From NCBI GenBank assembly GCA_051382305.1, contig JBBCAV010000153.1:11387-75386 (forward strand): a stretch of 64,000 bases of DNA, read 5' to 3'. Every line of letters begins with the position of its first letter. Position 1 is the stretch's first letter. Origin of the DNA: Bdellovibrionota bacterium FG-2 (GTDB lineage: Bacteria; Bdellovibrionota; UBA1018). The notes below the pieces were generated by a model. The model ran no database searches. It saw only the letters and a program-made list of their open reading frames with translations, and had not been told where the DNA came from. Of this stretch, positions 28,593 to 37,298 are shown piece by piece. A program made the position numbers and the translations under genes.

Positions 28593-30115
28593 GCGATCTT
28601 CTTAACCGGCACCACCACGGCGCTCGGGGACCCACCTACTTTTCTAAAGTCCGAAGCCGTGATGCGAAACTTGCGCAACATACGCAGAAAATTACTGCGA
28701 TCAATTTTCGATTCTTGAGAGGCCTTACTCACATTCCCATGGTGACGGGTGAGCATCCCCGTCAGAAACTCTTTTTCGAAATTCTCACTCCAGCGTTTCT
28801 TAAGATCTCGATATACGCCCAGCTGAGACGTGGATTTTACCGGGAGATTTAGCGTCTGAGCAACTACTCGCAGCTCAGACGTCTTAGGAAGAGCAAGCAA
28901 TCTCGCGCCAACAGTCTCCCCACCCTGGAATACAAGCGCCACCCGCTCAATCACGTTTTGTAATTCACGAACGTTACCCGGCCACGCGTAGCCCTCTAGC
29001 GCCGCGCGCGCTTCTTCGCTAAACCCAGAGAAGACTTTTCCGCGCGCGGAAAACGCGTCCCTTGAAAACTGCTCGGCAAACGGGACGATATCAGAGCGCC
29101 TTTCACGAAGCGCCGGGAGCTGTAAAACGACGCGACTCAAACGATGAAACAGATCCTCGCGAAACCCGCCTTCCGCCACTCGCTTGTTGAGATCCACGTG
29201 AGTTGCGGCAATCACCCGAACATCTGTCTTTTCGTCTTGCGTGGCGCCCACGCGCCTAAACACTTTTTCTTGAAGTACGCGCAGGAGTTTAGCTTGAAGT
29301 TTTGGATCCATTTCACCAATTTCATCTAAGAAAAGTGTGCCGCCTTTTGCGATTTCAAAAAGGCCGCGCTTTAGCGCCACGGCGCCCGTGAAGGCGCCCT
29401 TCTCATGACCAAAGAGTTCAGACTCCAAAAGCTGCTCATTAAAATTTGCACAGTTCACGGCTACCCAAGGTCCCTGCGCACGCGCCGAATCAGAATGGGT
29501 TCGACGCGCAATCCCCTCCTTACCAGTTCCACTCTCTCCCAAGATCAGGACGGTAGGTTCTTCTACGCCCTGCCTTAAGGCCTCGCGCCGCAAAACACTG
29601 AGCCACTCATTGACCTTGGACATCGACGGATCTTTTGAAGCAATCCAGCTCTTCACCAATCGGGCGCCCCCGCCCTGCGCCTCAGCTCTAACGGCACGCG
29701 CTTCCAGCCTTGCGAGCAGGTCTTCATTTTCGCGTTCTAAAAAGACTTCGGCCTGCGCTCTTTTAACAGCGATGCTCAGCTCATCTAAATCAAAGGGCTT
29801 CTCCAAGTAATCCACGGCACCTAACTTGAGTGCCGAGATCGCCACATCTTTTTCGCCATGCCCAGTGATCATAATGACCCGAAGCCGCGGAAATATCTCT
29901 TTGGCCCAAGCCATCAAAGCCAGCCCATCTTTGCCGGGCATTTTTAGATCCGTGATCAATACCCCAAAACCAGGGGTCAAGGCTTTTTCGGCCTCTTCGG
30001 CCCCATGTGCGGTTACGACCTCAAACCCCTCACGCTCCAAACGCGACTTCAGGAGTTTTCTAATCGTTTCTTCATCATCCACAACCAGCACTTTTTGCGG
30101 CATCTGATTTTTCAC
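28589..30115 (-). CDS. sigma54-dependent response regulator (NtrC/AtoC family)
   Basis: REC domain (DDE, DLKMP), GESGTGKE, ELFGHEKGAFTGA, LFLDEIGE, WPGNVREL, Fis-type HTH. Confidence 0.95.
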   Translation of the reverse strand: MKNQMPQKVLVVDDEETIRKLLKSRLEREGFEVVTAHGAEEAEKALTPGFGVLITDLKMPGKDGLALMAWAKEIFPRLRVIMITGHGEKDVAISALKLGAVDYLEKPFDLDELSIAVKRAQAEVFLERENEDLLARLEARAVRAEAQGGGARLVKSWIASKDPSMSKVNEWLSVLRREALRQGVEEPTVLILGESGTGKEGIARRTHSDSARAQGPWVAVNCANFNEQLLESELFGHEKGAFTGAVALKRGLFEIAKGGTLFLDEIGEMDPKLQAKLLRVLQEKVFRRVGATQDEKTDVRVIAATHVDLNKRVAEGGFREDLFHRLSRVVLQLPALRERRSDIVPFAEQFSRDAFSARGKVFSGFSEEARAALEGYAWPGNVRELQNVIERVALVFQGGETVGARLLALPKTSELRVVAQTLNLPVKSTSQLGVYRDLKKRWSENFEKEFLTGMLTRHHGNVSKASQESKIDRSNFLRMLRKFRITASDFRKVGGSPSAVVVPVKKIA

Positions 30116-31332
30116 CCTAATTCCCTAAAATCTCTTGGTATGCGAACTAAAAACACCGTCCCCTTGCCCATTTCACTTTCAACGCGGATCGAACCATGAA
30201 GCTTTGAAATCATCCCATAACTTAGACTCAAACCTAGCCCCATGCCCTTACCAACTTCTTTTGTCGTAAAAAAGGGATTGAAAGCCTTGGATTTGGTGCG
30301 CTCATTCATGCCGGCGCCGTCATCACTAAACTGGACCTCAACAAACTCACCGTTAATTCGCGTCGTAATTGAAACTTTCCCAGAGCCCCGCCCTGTCGCC
30401 TCAATCGCATCCCGCGCATTAGTGGCAAGATTAATAAACACCTGCTCCAACTGAAGCGCGTTAGCATAGACCGGAGGAAGCTCCTGGCCGTAGCAACGGG
30501 TGACTTGAATTCCCCGCGTGACGAACTGTCGGGCTAGCATTTTAAGGGCTTCTTCAATACGATCATGGACATTCGTGAATTCGTGGCTCTCCGTTGATTT
30601 TCGTGTAAATGCGCGCAGATAATCAATGATTTTAGCCATCTTGTCAGCGTTGCTGATCACTTCTTGCAAACCGTCTTGGGTTTGCTTGAAGCCCTCTTGA
30701 TTCGCAATCAAGGGCAGCGCAATCGCCTGCAGCTCCTGAGCATAACCTCTGATCCCCTGTAACGGTTGATTAAGCTCGTGTGCGATGCCTGCCGCAAGTT
30801 CTCCCAGTGCCGCCATCTTGCCCGATTGCACCAGCGTTTCTTGCATCGAGTGAAGCTCCGCATTTTGCTTTTCGAGCTGAAAGTAGGCGTTTCTTAGTTC
30901 CGCGTGTTTTGTGATGAGCTCCCGCTCCATGCGCTTTTTCTCGCTCACATCTCGAAAAATCGCGAGCGACAGCTTGGAGTGACTCCCCTGCACACGCCGG
31001 ACACTCACATCGACCAACGTTACATACCCATCTTTTCTCACCACGGCGATATCTTCATACGTGCCCGCTATCTTAAACGTTTCTCGCGCCAGCGGCCTTG
31101 CTCGTTCAGGGATTCGGTGTTTTGTGGGATCGGGAATCAAGAGCTGAATGGATTCCCCAATAAGTTCTTCTTTGAGATACCCCGTCAGCTCCTCGCCGGC
31201 CTTATTGAGCGCATCGACTTTGCCCGTGGGAAGCACTGTTAAAATTGCGTCCGAAGCCTGGTCAAATAGGATTTGATAATTATTTTCGGACTCCGCTTCT
31301 GCTATGCGAAGATGTTTTCGATTAGTGGGCAT
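30112..31332 (-). CDS. PAS-domain sensor histidine kinase
   Basis: PAS domain; AHELNQPL H-box; NARDA, DDGAG, FFTTK and GLGL boxes. Confidence 0.93.
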   Translation of the reverse strand: MPTNRKHLRIAEAESENNYQILFDQASDAILTVLPTGKVDALNKAGEELTGYLKEELIGESIQLLIPDPTKHRIPERARPLARETFKIAGTYEDIAVVRKDGYVTLVDVSVRRVQGSHSKLSLAIFRDVSEKKRMERELITKHAELRNAYFQLEKQNAELHSMQETLVQSGKMAALGELAAGIAHELNQPLQGIRGYAQELQAIALPLIANQEGFKQTQDGLQEVISNADKMAKIIDYLRAFTRKSTESHEFTNVHDRIEEALKMLARQFVTRGIQVTRCYGQELPPVYANALQLEQVFINLATNARDAIEATGRGSGKVSITTRINGEFVEVQFSDDGAGMNERTKSKAFNPFFTTKEVGKGMGLGLSLSYGMISKLHGSIRVESEMGKGTVFLVRIPRDFRELG

Positions 31333-32209
31333 GCAAAAACGCGCTGGCCCTTTCTATTTCTTTTCCCAATTCCTCTTCGAGGACGGGAATTTCCTCCGGC
31401 TTAATTTTCAAGGGGGCCAACATATCGGGCGTGATGTCGCCAGCAGAGAAGTCCCCGGATTTTCCGATTTTATTCTTCACACAAAGCGCGTTGGCTAGCC
31501 TCACCATGTGGATCACGGGCTTGGCCGAAGCTAAAACGCTATCCATTTTTGAAACATCAAAATGATGATAGCGAATCGCGAGACGAATAACCTGAGGCAA
31601 CCCCCATTTTGAGGCAATCACCTCGCCCAAGAAAGAGTGTCCTGGAAGTTCAAATTCTTTTTCGACCTCCACGAAGGAGCATTCACGTTTGAGGGTTTCC
31701 TTGATGATTCCCTGTAGGCGTTCAGGATCAATTTTATGGAGCACAAGTTTCCCAATGTCGTGAAGCAGTCCACAGGTAAACGCCTCTTCAGGCTTGGGAT
31801 GTTTAATGCGTTTCGCGAGCATCTCGGCGCCCACGGCGGTTGCAAGTGCGTGCCGCCAAAAATCCATCATGGGAAAATCTTCTAACTCGATATCTGGAAA
31901 AACCGAGAAAACGGAGAGCCCCAACACGAGTTGCGCAAGCGTATTGAAACCCAAGAAGGCCAACGCCCGCTGAACATCGGTCACCCCCCCTGGAATGGCA
32001 TAATACGAGGAATTCACAAGCCGCAGGATCTTGGCCGTCAGGACCTGGTCCTTTTTAAGCACCATGGCAATGTCCGAGCTTGAAGAACTGGGATCGTTAA
32101 TGAGCTCGTTGACGCACATCGCAACAACCGGAAGAGTTGGAATATCTTGAAGTTTTTCAAGCAGAGCCGAGTATTCGGATTGAGTTTTTTTCGTATTGGG
32201 TGTGGCCAT
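31322..32209 (-). CDS. HDOD domain protein
   Basis: IPTLP, DQVLTAKILRLVNSSYY, FWRH, GLLHDIGK, WGLP...IRYHH. Confidence 0.92.
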   Translation of the reverse strand: MATPNTKKTQSEYSALLEKLQDIPTLPVVAMCVNELINDPSSSSSDIAMVLKKDQVLTAKILRLVNSSYYAIPGGVTDVQRALAFLGFNTLAQLVLGLSVFSVFPDIELEDFPMMDFWRHALATAVGAEMLAKRIKHPKPEEAFTCGLLHDIGKLVLHKIDPERLQGIIKETLKRECSFVEVEKEFELPGHSFLGEVIASKWGLPQVIRLAIRYHHFDVSKMDSVLASAKPVIHMVRLANALCVKNKIGKSGDFSAGDITPDMLAPLKIKPEEIPVLEEELGKEIERASAFLHAH

Positions 32210-32225
32210 AGGCTCTCTTAGGTAG

Positions 32226-32253
32226 TTATCGGAAGACGGGGGCGAGAAATTGA
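32226..32253 (-). promoter_or_regulatory. candidate sigma28 (FliA) promoter
   Basis: TCAAT-N15-TCCGATAA, 17 nt upstream of the HDOD ATG. Confidence 0.55.
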
Positions 32254-32298
32254 AGGAAAAGGGAGAAGAGTAGAGGCAGGAGGGAAAACATCAAACCT

Positions 32299-32327
32299 TT
32301 GACGCCAACAAAAAACAACGTTATAGG
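32299..32327 (+). promoter_or_regulatory. sigma70 promoter of tRNA-Val
   Basis: TTGACG-N17-TATAGG. Confidence 0.55.
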
Positions 32328-32348
32328 TTTGTTTCCTACACGAAATGT

Positions 32349-32423
<75 letters not shown>

Positions 32424-32561
32424 TTAAAATTCAATCATGTAACCAGAGAGAAGGAATGCACAAGAACGCCCCGTGGGACAGTGTTAATTCTACCAGATCT
32501 GACGCTCGGCGTCAAGTGAGTGGCCAATGCGCCGAGCCTCCCAATCGGTACGGTTTTAGCA

Positions 32562-34836
32562 CTATTCGCAACCCACCTCTTGCATGACGAATTCAATCGC
32601 CTTGCCACCTTTGGATTCCCTTCGGTCTAAAATCTTGAACTTAGCGCCGGGAAGAAAAATTATTTCACGCTCCTCTGGGTGAACGGAGATCTTTTCAATA
32701 TTGCGTCCGCATCGAGAGGAAATAATAAAACGGTGTGTGCACTTAAAGCCAGATCCGATCGAGGTACTTGTATAGCCTTCATAGGTCACAATGTCCCCCA
32801 CTTGATGATGCTTCAGAGCGGCATCGGGCAAATCAGCCCCACGTTCAACTGGGCCATCTTTCCAAAACGAGGCCCACTACTTTGATATAGGGCTCTGCGG
32901 ATTTAAGTTCGGTGCACCCACTTCTTAGTGCGTTGTTGACTTGCATGAAGATGCTCCCGGTATAGCTACGAATGGCGGCCACCTCGGCGTAAGTAAGATG
33001 GTATTGTCGGACCAACTCTTTGCCACCCGTGCTGGTTTTTGCAAAGAAGTAATTATCATTCGTGGCCAAGAGGGGGCGTCCATAGAAAGTCTCGAGCAGG
33101 GTCTCCTCGACCTGCTCTTCAGTGTCTGGGCCCAGATTCAAGGCTACCGATTTAACCTGATCGCCGTGCGTCCAGCTCACTGTTTTGAGTGAAGACGGCT
33201 CTAGTGTCTTTATAGAAAAATCAAACTCAGTTTTCAACTTGGGGTTATGATCAATCATTTAGTTGTCTAAAATGACCGGAAGCAAATCGTCCTTCAAAAT
33301 ATAGATTACCTCGGATCGCTCTGGCGGCGTGATGTGAAACAACACGGATTGAGCCCAGTCGCGAACAAAAGGTAACGGTGCTTTTCCGTAAACCAGCAGA
33401 CCGGTCCCCGCTTCACTCTCTGCTAGGAGGTTTGCGACAATTGATTTGAGCCAGCTTTGGGCTTCGGGGCTATCGACTTTTCCGAAACGCCCCGCAAGCG
33501 GATTTAGGGCTTGAGTCATTTGCCTGCCGTCGGGGTTGAAAAGATGCATAATCTTCTCAGTCGTGTTCGTGAGCGTTGCCGTAAGCATCTTCACTTCGTC
33601 AGGAGTCCGGCAAAGATTATTGAGATCTGCCGTCGGCGGAACCACAGGCGCAGAAGCAAGGTCGGGGATTTCAATCAATAAATCACGATAGCATTGAATA
33701 TTCGTAGCAGCGACATTTTCGAGAATGGCGGCAACCTGGATGGGGAATTTATTTCGGATGTGCTCAGATTTGAGAAGTGACACAATGACTTCGGCGTCTT
33801 GAGTGAGCTTGAGCGCGCCCGGCTTTTGAAGTTTGAGCAAAAACGCTTCTGTTTGGCTGGCGGAGAGTTGCCCATTCTTGAAGTCGCGCAGATTGGGTAC
33901 AGCGGTTAGCCAGTCCTTATCTTGGGATGGATATCGGCAAAGCAACCATGAAGAATACTTTCGGAGCTAGAGAGAGGTGTCTGTCCCTTAGTTGTTACGC
34001 TTTGGTTGGCACAGTCTGGTTTCTTAAGGGGCGTTTCATCTGCAATTTGCAAAGAGCCCGTAAAACAAGCTTTTTCGATTTGATAAAGGACCGGTGGCCT
34101 AGCCTTGTCATCTAAGGAGAAGTTTCCATTCGGTTTGGAGTGATAGAGGGGATAAGGAAAAATATATTCTCGATCATTAACCCACAGGGTGTCTTTATAT
34201 CCGCTCACAGCGGTGTATTGAAAGAAGTTTCCGTTTACAATATCGAAGTTTCCCTGAGACAGGTTTGCCTCCTTGGGAAACTTCTTGACTGGATTTATCA
34301 AATTATCAAAATCCAGTGCGTAGCTTTCTTGGGCCGTTTTACCGAGAATTATGAAGTTTTTGCTTTGATTGAGCGTAGCGCTACCCTGCGCGGGGATAGA
34401 ATAGTTTTGGATTAACGCTCCAGTCGGAAGAGAGCAATGTAGGATAGAAGAGGGGGTTTGAACGACAAAACCGGGCGTGGGTGTCAGGATCTTAACGTGC
34501 TCACTCGTACCTCCGCAGGCTTTGATAAGCTCAGCTTCTGGGCGTGTGGTCTCTATTGCCCGCTGGGGCTGAACTGGCGCATGAAATGTCAGTCGCAATT
34601 GACTTTTGAGTTTGGGATTCGAAAAGAACCAACTTACCCAATGAAGAGCAAAGCGCTAGTCGAGTTCCATCGTTTGAAATGGAGCGAAAGGTTGAATTTT
34701 TAGGAAACGGAATTGCCACAAGGTTTTGAACGCATTTTTCGGGAAGTGATGACGCGGTTGCAGATTCAGTAAAGAAGAGCGGCAACAAGCTTCCTAATAC
34801 ATTAATGAACACAGAGGTGTGCCTGCACATTCCCAT
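32562..34836 (-). pseudogene. large secreted protein with C-terminal R-S-E ADP-ribosyltransferase domain, in five fragments
   Basis: contiguous ORFs 34836-34531, 34598-33906, 33945-33259, 33258-32845 and 32831-32562; signal peptide; YT...VNNALR, VERG, YTSTS and EERE motifs. Confidence 0.78.
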
Positions 34837-34991
34837 GTTGGTTTTATCGGCAATTGCGGGCTTTTAATATTTAATAAAGGTTAAAGGTGTCGGTGATTGC
34901 GTCAATAAAGTAGCGGTTTTTTCTACCCCCCATCTAGTATGTTTGGAATCCAAACCGCTCCTACTCACTGGCAGAACTCAAGGACCGCCCC

Positions 34992-35984
34992 TCAATACAC
35001 CCGCTCCGGCGGCAAATACTCAATCATCGCGCCCTGCCCGACATTCACGGTAAACGTCCACCCCGTATGAACATATCCATCCGCCTCAACCAAGCCCGTG
35101 GGCGGATTGGGAAACCGCGAAATTTTCCGCCATGACGAATCCACGGCTGAATCAAACTCATCGATTCCTGAGCTTTGCATTCTGCGGATTTCAATGAGCC
35201 CCCCCTCTCGATCCAAAATCACATCCACCACGGTCGAATACTCTCCCGGCCGCACTTGCCTTCGGTAGCCAATGGAGCGAATCCGAGACTGCCAAACAGG
35301 ACCAATGGCTTCATACAAACGAGCGTAAAAAGTATAAAAAATAGATTCCTTTGTATTCAAAAGATTCTCAGCCCCCTCCGGCAAATCCTTTTCACGTAGC
35401 GCCTGATCGCCCCCCTCCGAGCCGGGCTGCACTTGTTGAGCTTGCGATTTGCGCCCGTCTTTTCCTACTTTTTTGCGATCGGGAGCAAATTTCATGGGAA
35501 TCCCCAAATTCCCCAGCTTTACTTTGGATCGCGACTTAGCGGCTTCGTTTTGAGCTTTGGGCAGTGCATTTTCCTGGGGCTGCGCCTGCTGAAAAGGAAC
35601 TGCGGGCTTAGGAATCACATTCGTTTGCTTTGCCCGTTGTTCTTTTTCCACCCGAACATTACGTGCGGATTCATAGCGTGCGTCCTTAGGCGCCTCCTTT
35701 TCGCTGGGCGCTTTGGGATCTTTATCGAGGAGAAACCCCGTAGGTTTCTTCTCTTGGTCACGCCATTGCTTGCGGATCGCCTCGAGTTTATTCATATCAA
35801 TCTGCTTAACTTCGACAGGCATCGGACGAGCAGGCGAACTCCACTGAACCTTCACCCACATAAAAAGCAGATGAAAAATCAAAGCCGCGAGCAAAGCAAG
35901 CCACACCCCGGAGCGTCGCCATGGAGAAGGCTGATCCATACTCACTGAAGAAGTAAATGAGGAGGTGATAGCAGACGAAGACAT
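34992..35984 (-). CDS. TonB/TolA-like C-terminal domain protein
   Basis: N-terminal TM containing H, low-complexity linker, SSGIDEFD..V...RFPNPP. Confidence 0.75.
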   Translation of the reverse strand: MSSSAITSSFTSSVSMDQPSPWRRSGVWLALLAALIFHLLFMWVKVQWSSPARPMPVEVKQIDMNKLEAIRKQWRDQEKKPTGFLLDKDPKAPSEKEAPKDARYESARNVRVEKEQRAKQTNVIPKPAVPFQQAQPQENALPKAQNEAAKSRSKVKLGNLGIPMKFAPDRKKVGKDGRKSQAQQVQPGSEGGDQALREKDLPEGAENLLNTKESIFYTFYARLYEAIGPVWQSRIRSIGYRRQVRPGEYSTVVDVILDREGGLIEIRRMQSSGIDEFDSAVDSSWRKISRFPNPPTGLVEADGYVHTGWTFTVNVGQGAMIEYLPPERVY

Positions 35985-36020
35985 AACTCAAACCTAACTT
36001 GAGTTGACCTGCAATCCAAG

Positions 36021-36080
36021 CACCTTGAAGGTGATTCCAAAATGGAACCATTTTGCGCCCCCAGAACGCCTTTGGAACCA
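36021..36080. promoter_or_regulatory. candidate upstream activator sequences
   Basis: palindromes CACCTT-G-AAGGTG (36021-36033) and CAAAATGG-AA-CCATTTTG (36038-36055); TGGAACCA repeated at 36043 and 36073. Confidence 0.45.
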
Positions 36081-36232
36081 CCTACTAGTTGCGCACAGCT
36101 CAATAGAAACACTCAGACACAGATCTCAAAAGAAGAGGTCAAAAAAAACATGGCCTCAAAAGGCCTTAATTATAGGGCAACATCAAAAATCACAAAAACA
36201 ACTGCCCACAAAACCTCCCAAACCCGGCCAAC

Positions 36233-36248
36233 TGGCACAAGCATTGCT
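36233..36248 (+). promoter_or_regulatory. sigma54 -24/-12 promoter
   Basis: TGGCACAAGCATTGCT, matching the TGGCAC-N5-TTGCW consensus. Confidence 0.8.
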
Positions 36249-36258
36249 AACTGCTAAA

Positions 36259-36374
36259 TCCGTTCGGCTGCTTTCACCACTGAGAAAAATCTTTTCCTTT
36301 CCAAAAAAAGGAACATTCCCCTCCATAGAGATTTAGCTCAACCAAGGGTGGTGAAAGCAGCCATTCGTTTTTTT
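36259..36374 (+). ncRNA. candidate sigma54-transcribed structured small RNA
   Basis: 15-bp perfect closing stem (36266-80/36348-62), nested helices, T7 run at 36368-74; no ORF downstream of the promoter. Confidence 0.6.
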
Positions 36375-36392
36375 GCGGATTAAATCTCAACT

Positions 36393-37205
36393 TTAAGACA
36401 TTGCGCGGATCAAGAACCCGACGAGCATAACGGCTAAGAAAACCAACCCCAGCTTCGCGTCTGAGCGCGCCGCAAAAACCCCCAGCGACTCCAGAAAACT
36501 GTTTTCCAAAAATGAGCGATTCAATGCCCGCGGCGTGTCCACGACTTGCTGCAACTGTTGAAATTCGCTTTCTTTTTGCGCAAAAGACGGAAAAAACTTT
36601 TCAATCGCAAAGTAAAGCTCGCGGGCAACACCCAGCGATTTTCTACAAGAAGCGCACGCCATTAGGTGATTTTGCACAAAAAGCTGCTCAGATTTTTTCT
36701 CAAATTCATCATCCAAAAAACGCTGCGTCCATGGCCTCAGCGTATCGTATTCAGGGCATTTGGCTCCGGTTTGCGAATTCCCAACAGGATAACGCATTGC
36801 AGCCCCAAGCCCCGCCTCTCCCAACTGTACCCGCGCACGCCAAGCTTGCTCCTGCACCCATTCCACATCCTCATCAAAAACTCGAGCCAATCTCTGATAG
36901 GACCAGTTTCCACGATGCAGCGCAACAAGCAGAAAGCGATGTTCTGGAAACAAACGATAAAATGGATGCCCCAGCAAATGCAAATTCTCTACTAAATTCG
37001 CAGGCATCCCCTCGCGAGTCGCACGTCCAATGAGGGCCGACGCAGCGCGCTCAAGCGTCCTCTCTGAGGTAAGCTCAAGCGACGAAACTGCACTGAGGGT
37101 CTCCGTTACAATCCGAACCGAACGCACAGGATCCGCCCAAAGTGCGACTCCTAGCTCAGTAAAAGTGCGAATTTCCTCACGATCAAGACGCGACATGGAT
37201 TTCAC
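36393..37205 (-). CDS. sigma region-4-like HTH + ZAS zinc-finger + C-terminal TM protein
   Basis: LFPEHRFLLVAL...SYQRLARVF...WRARVQL; C...HLMACASC; terminal hydrophobic helix. Confidence 0.65.
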   Translation of the reverse strand: MKSMSRLDREEIRTFTELGVALWADPVRSVRIVTETLSAVSSLELTSERTLERAASALIGRATREGMPANLVENLHLLGHPFYRLFPEHRFLLVALHRGNWSYQRLARVFDEDVEWVQEQAWRARVQLGEAGLGAAMRYPVGNSQTGAKCPEYDTLRPWTQRFLDDEFEKKSEQLFVQNHLMACASCRKSLGVARELYFAIEKFFPSFAQKESEFQQLQQVVDTPRALNRSFLENSFLESLGVFAARSDAKLGLVFLAVMLVGFLIRAMS

Positions 37206-37298
37206 AATACCTCTGTACCCCTTGACAGCCCTCACATTTTTGAGAGAGGCTGCCCTTGCATTGAAGTTTAACACAATGTTTTGTGGAGGGGAAATTCA

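Noticed and set aside
32424-34990. Prophage or integrative element at tRNA-Val
   Set aside because: No integrase, phage genes or duplicated tRNA 3' end were found
36254-36316. 20-codon minus-strand ORF (MFLFLERKRFFSVVKAAERI) after GGAGGGGA, as a type I toxin
   Set aside because: SD-to-ATG spacing is too short and the peptide is not TM-like; not excluded experimentally
36004-36336. ORFs 36004-36336 and 36042-36257
   Set aside because: Low-complexity translations of A-rich regulatory DNA that run across the sigma54 promoter, with no RBS or motif
36266-36362. MITE, terminator or CsrB-like (minus-strand GGA motifs) interpretation of the long inverted repeat
   Set aside because: No target-site duplication or second copy in the window, the interior is too large and structured for a terminator, and promoter and T-tail orientation favour a plus-strand RNA; kept only as alternatives
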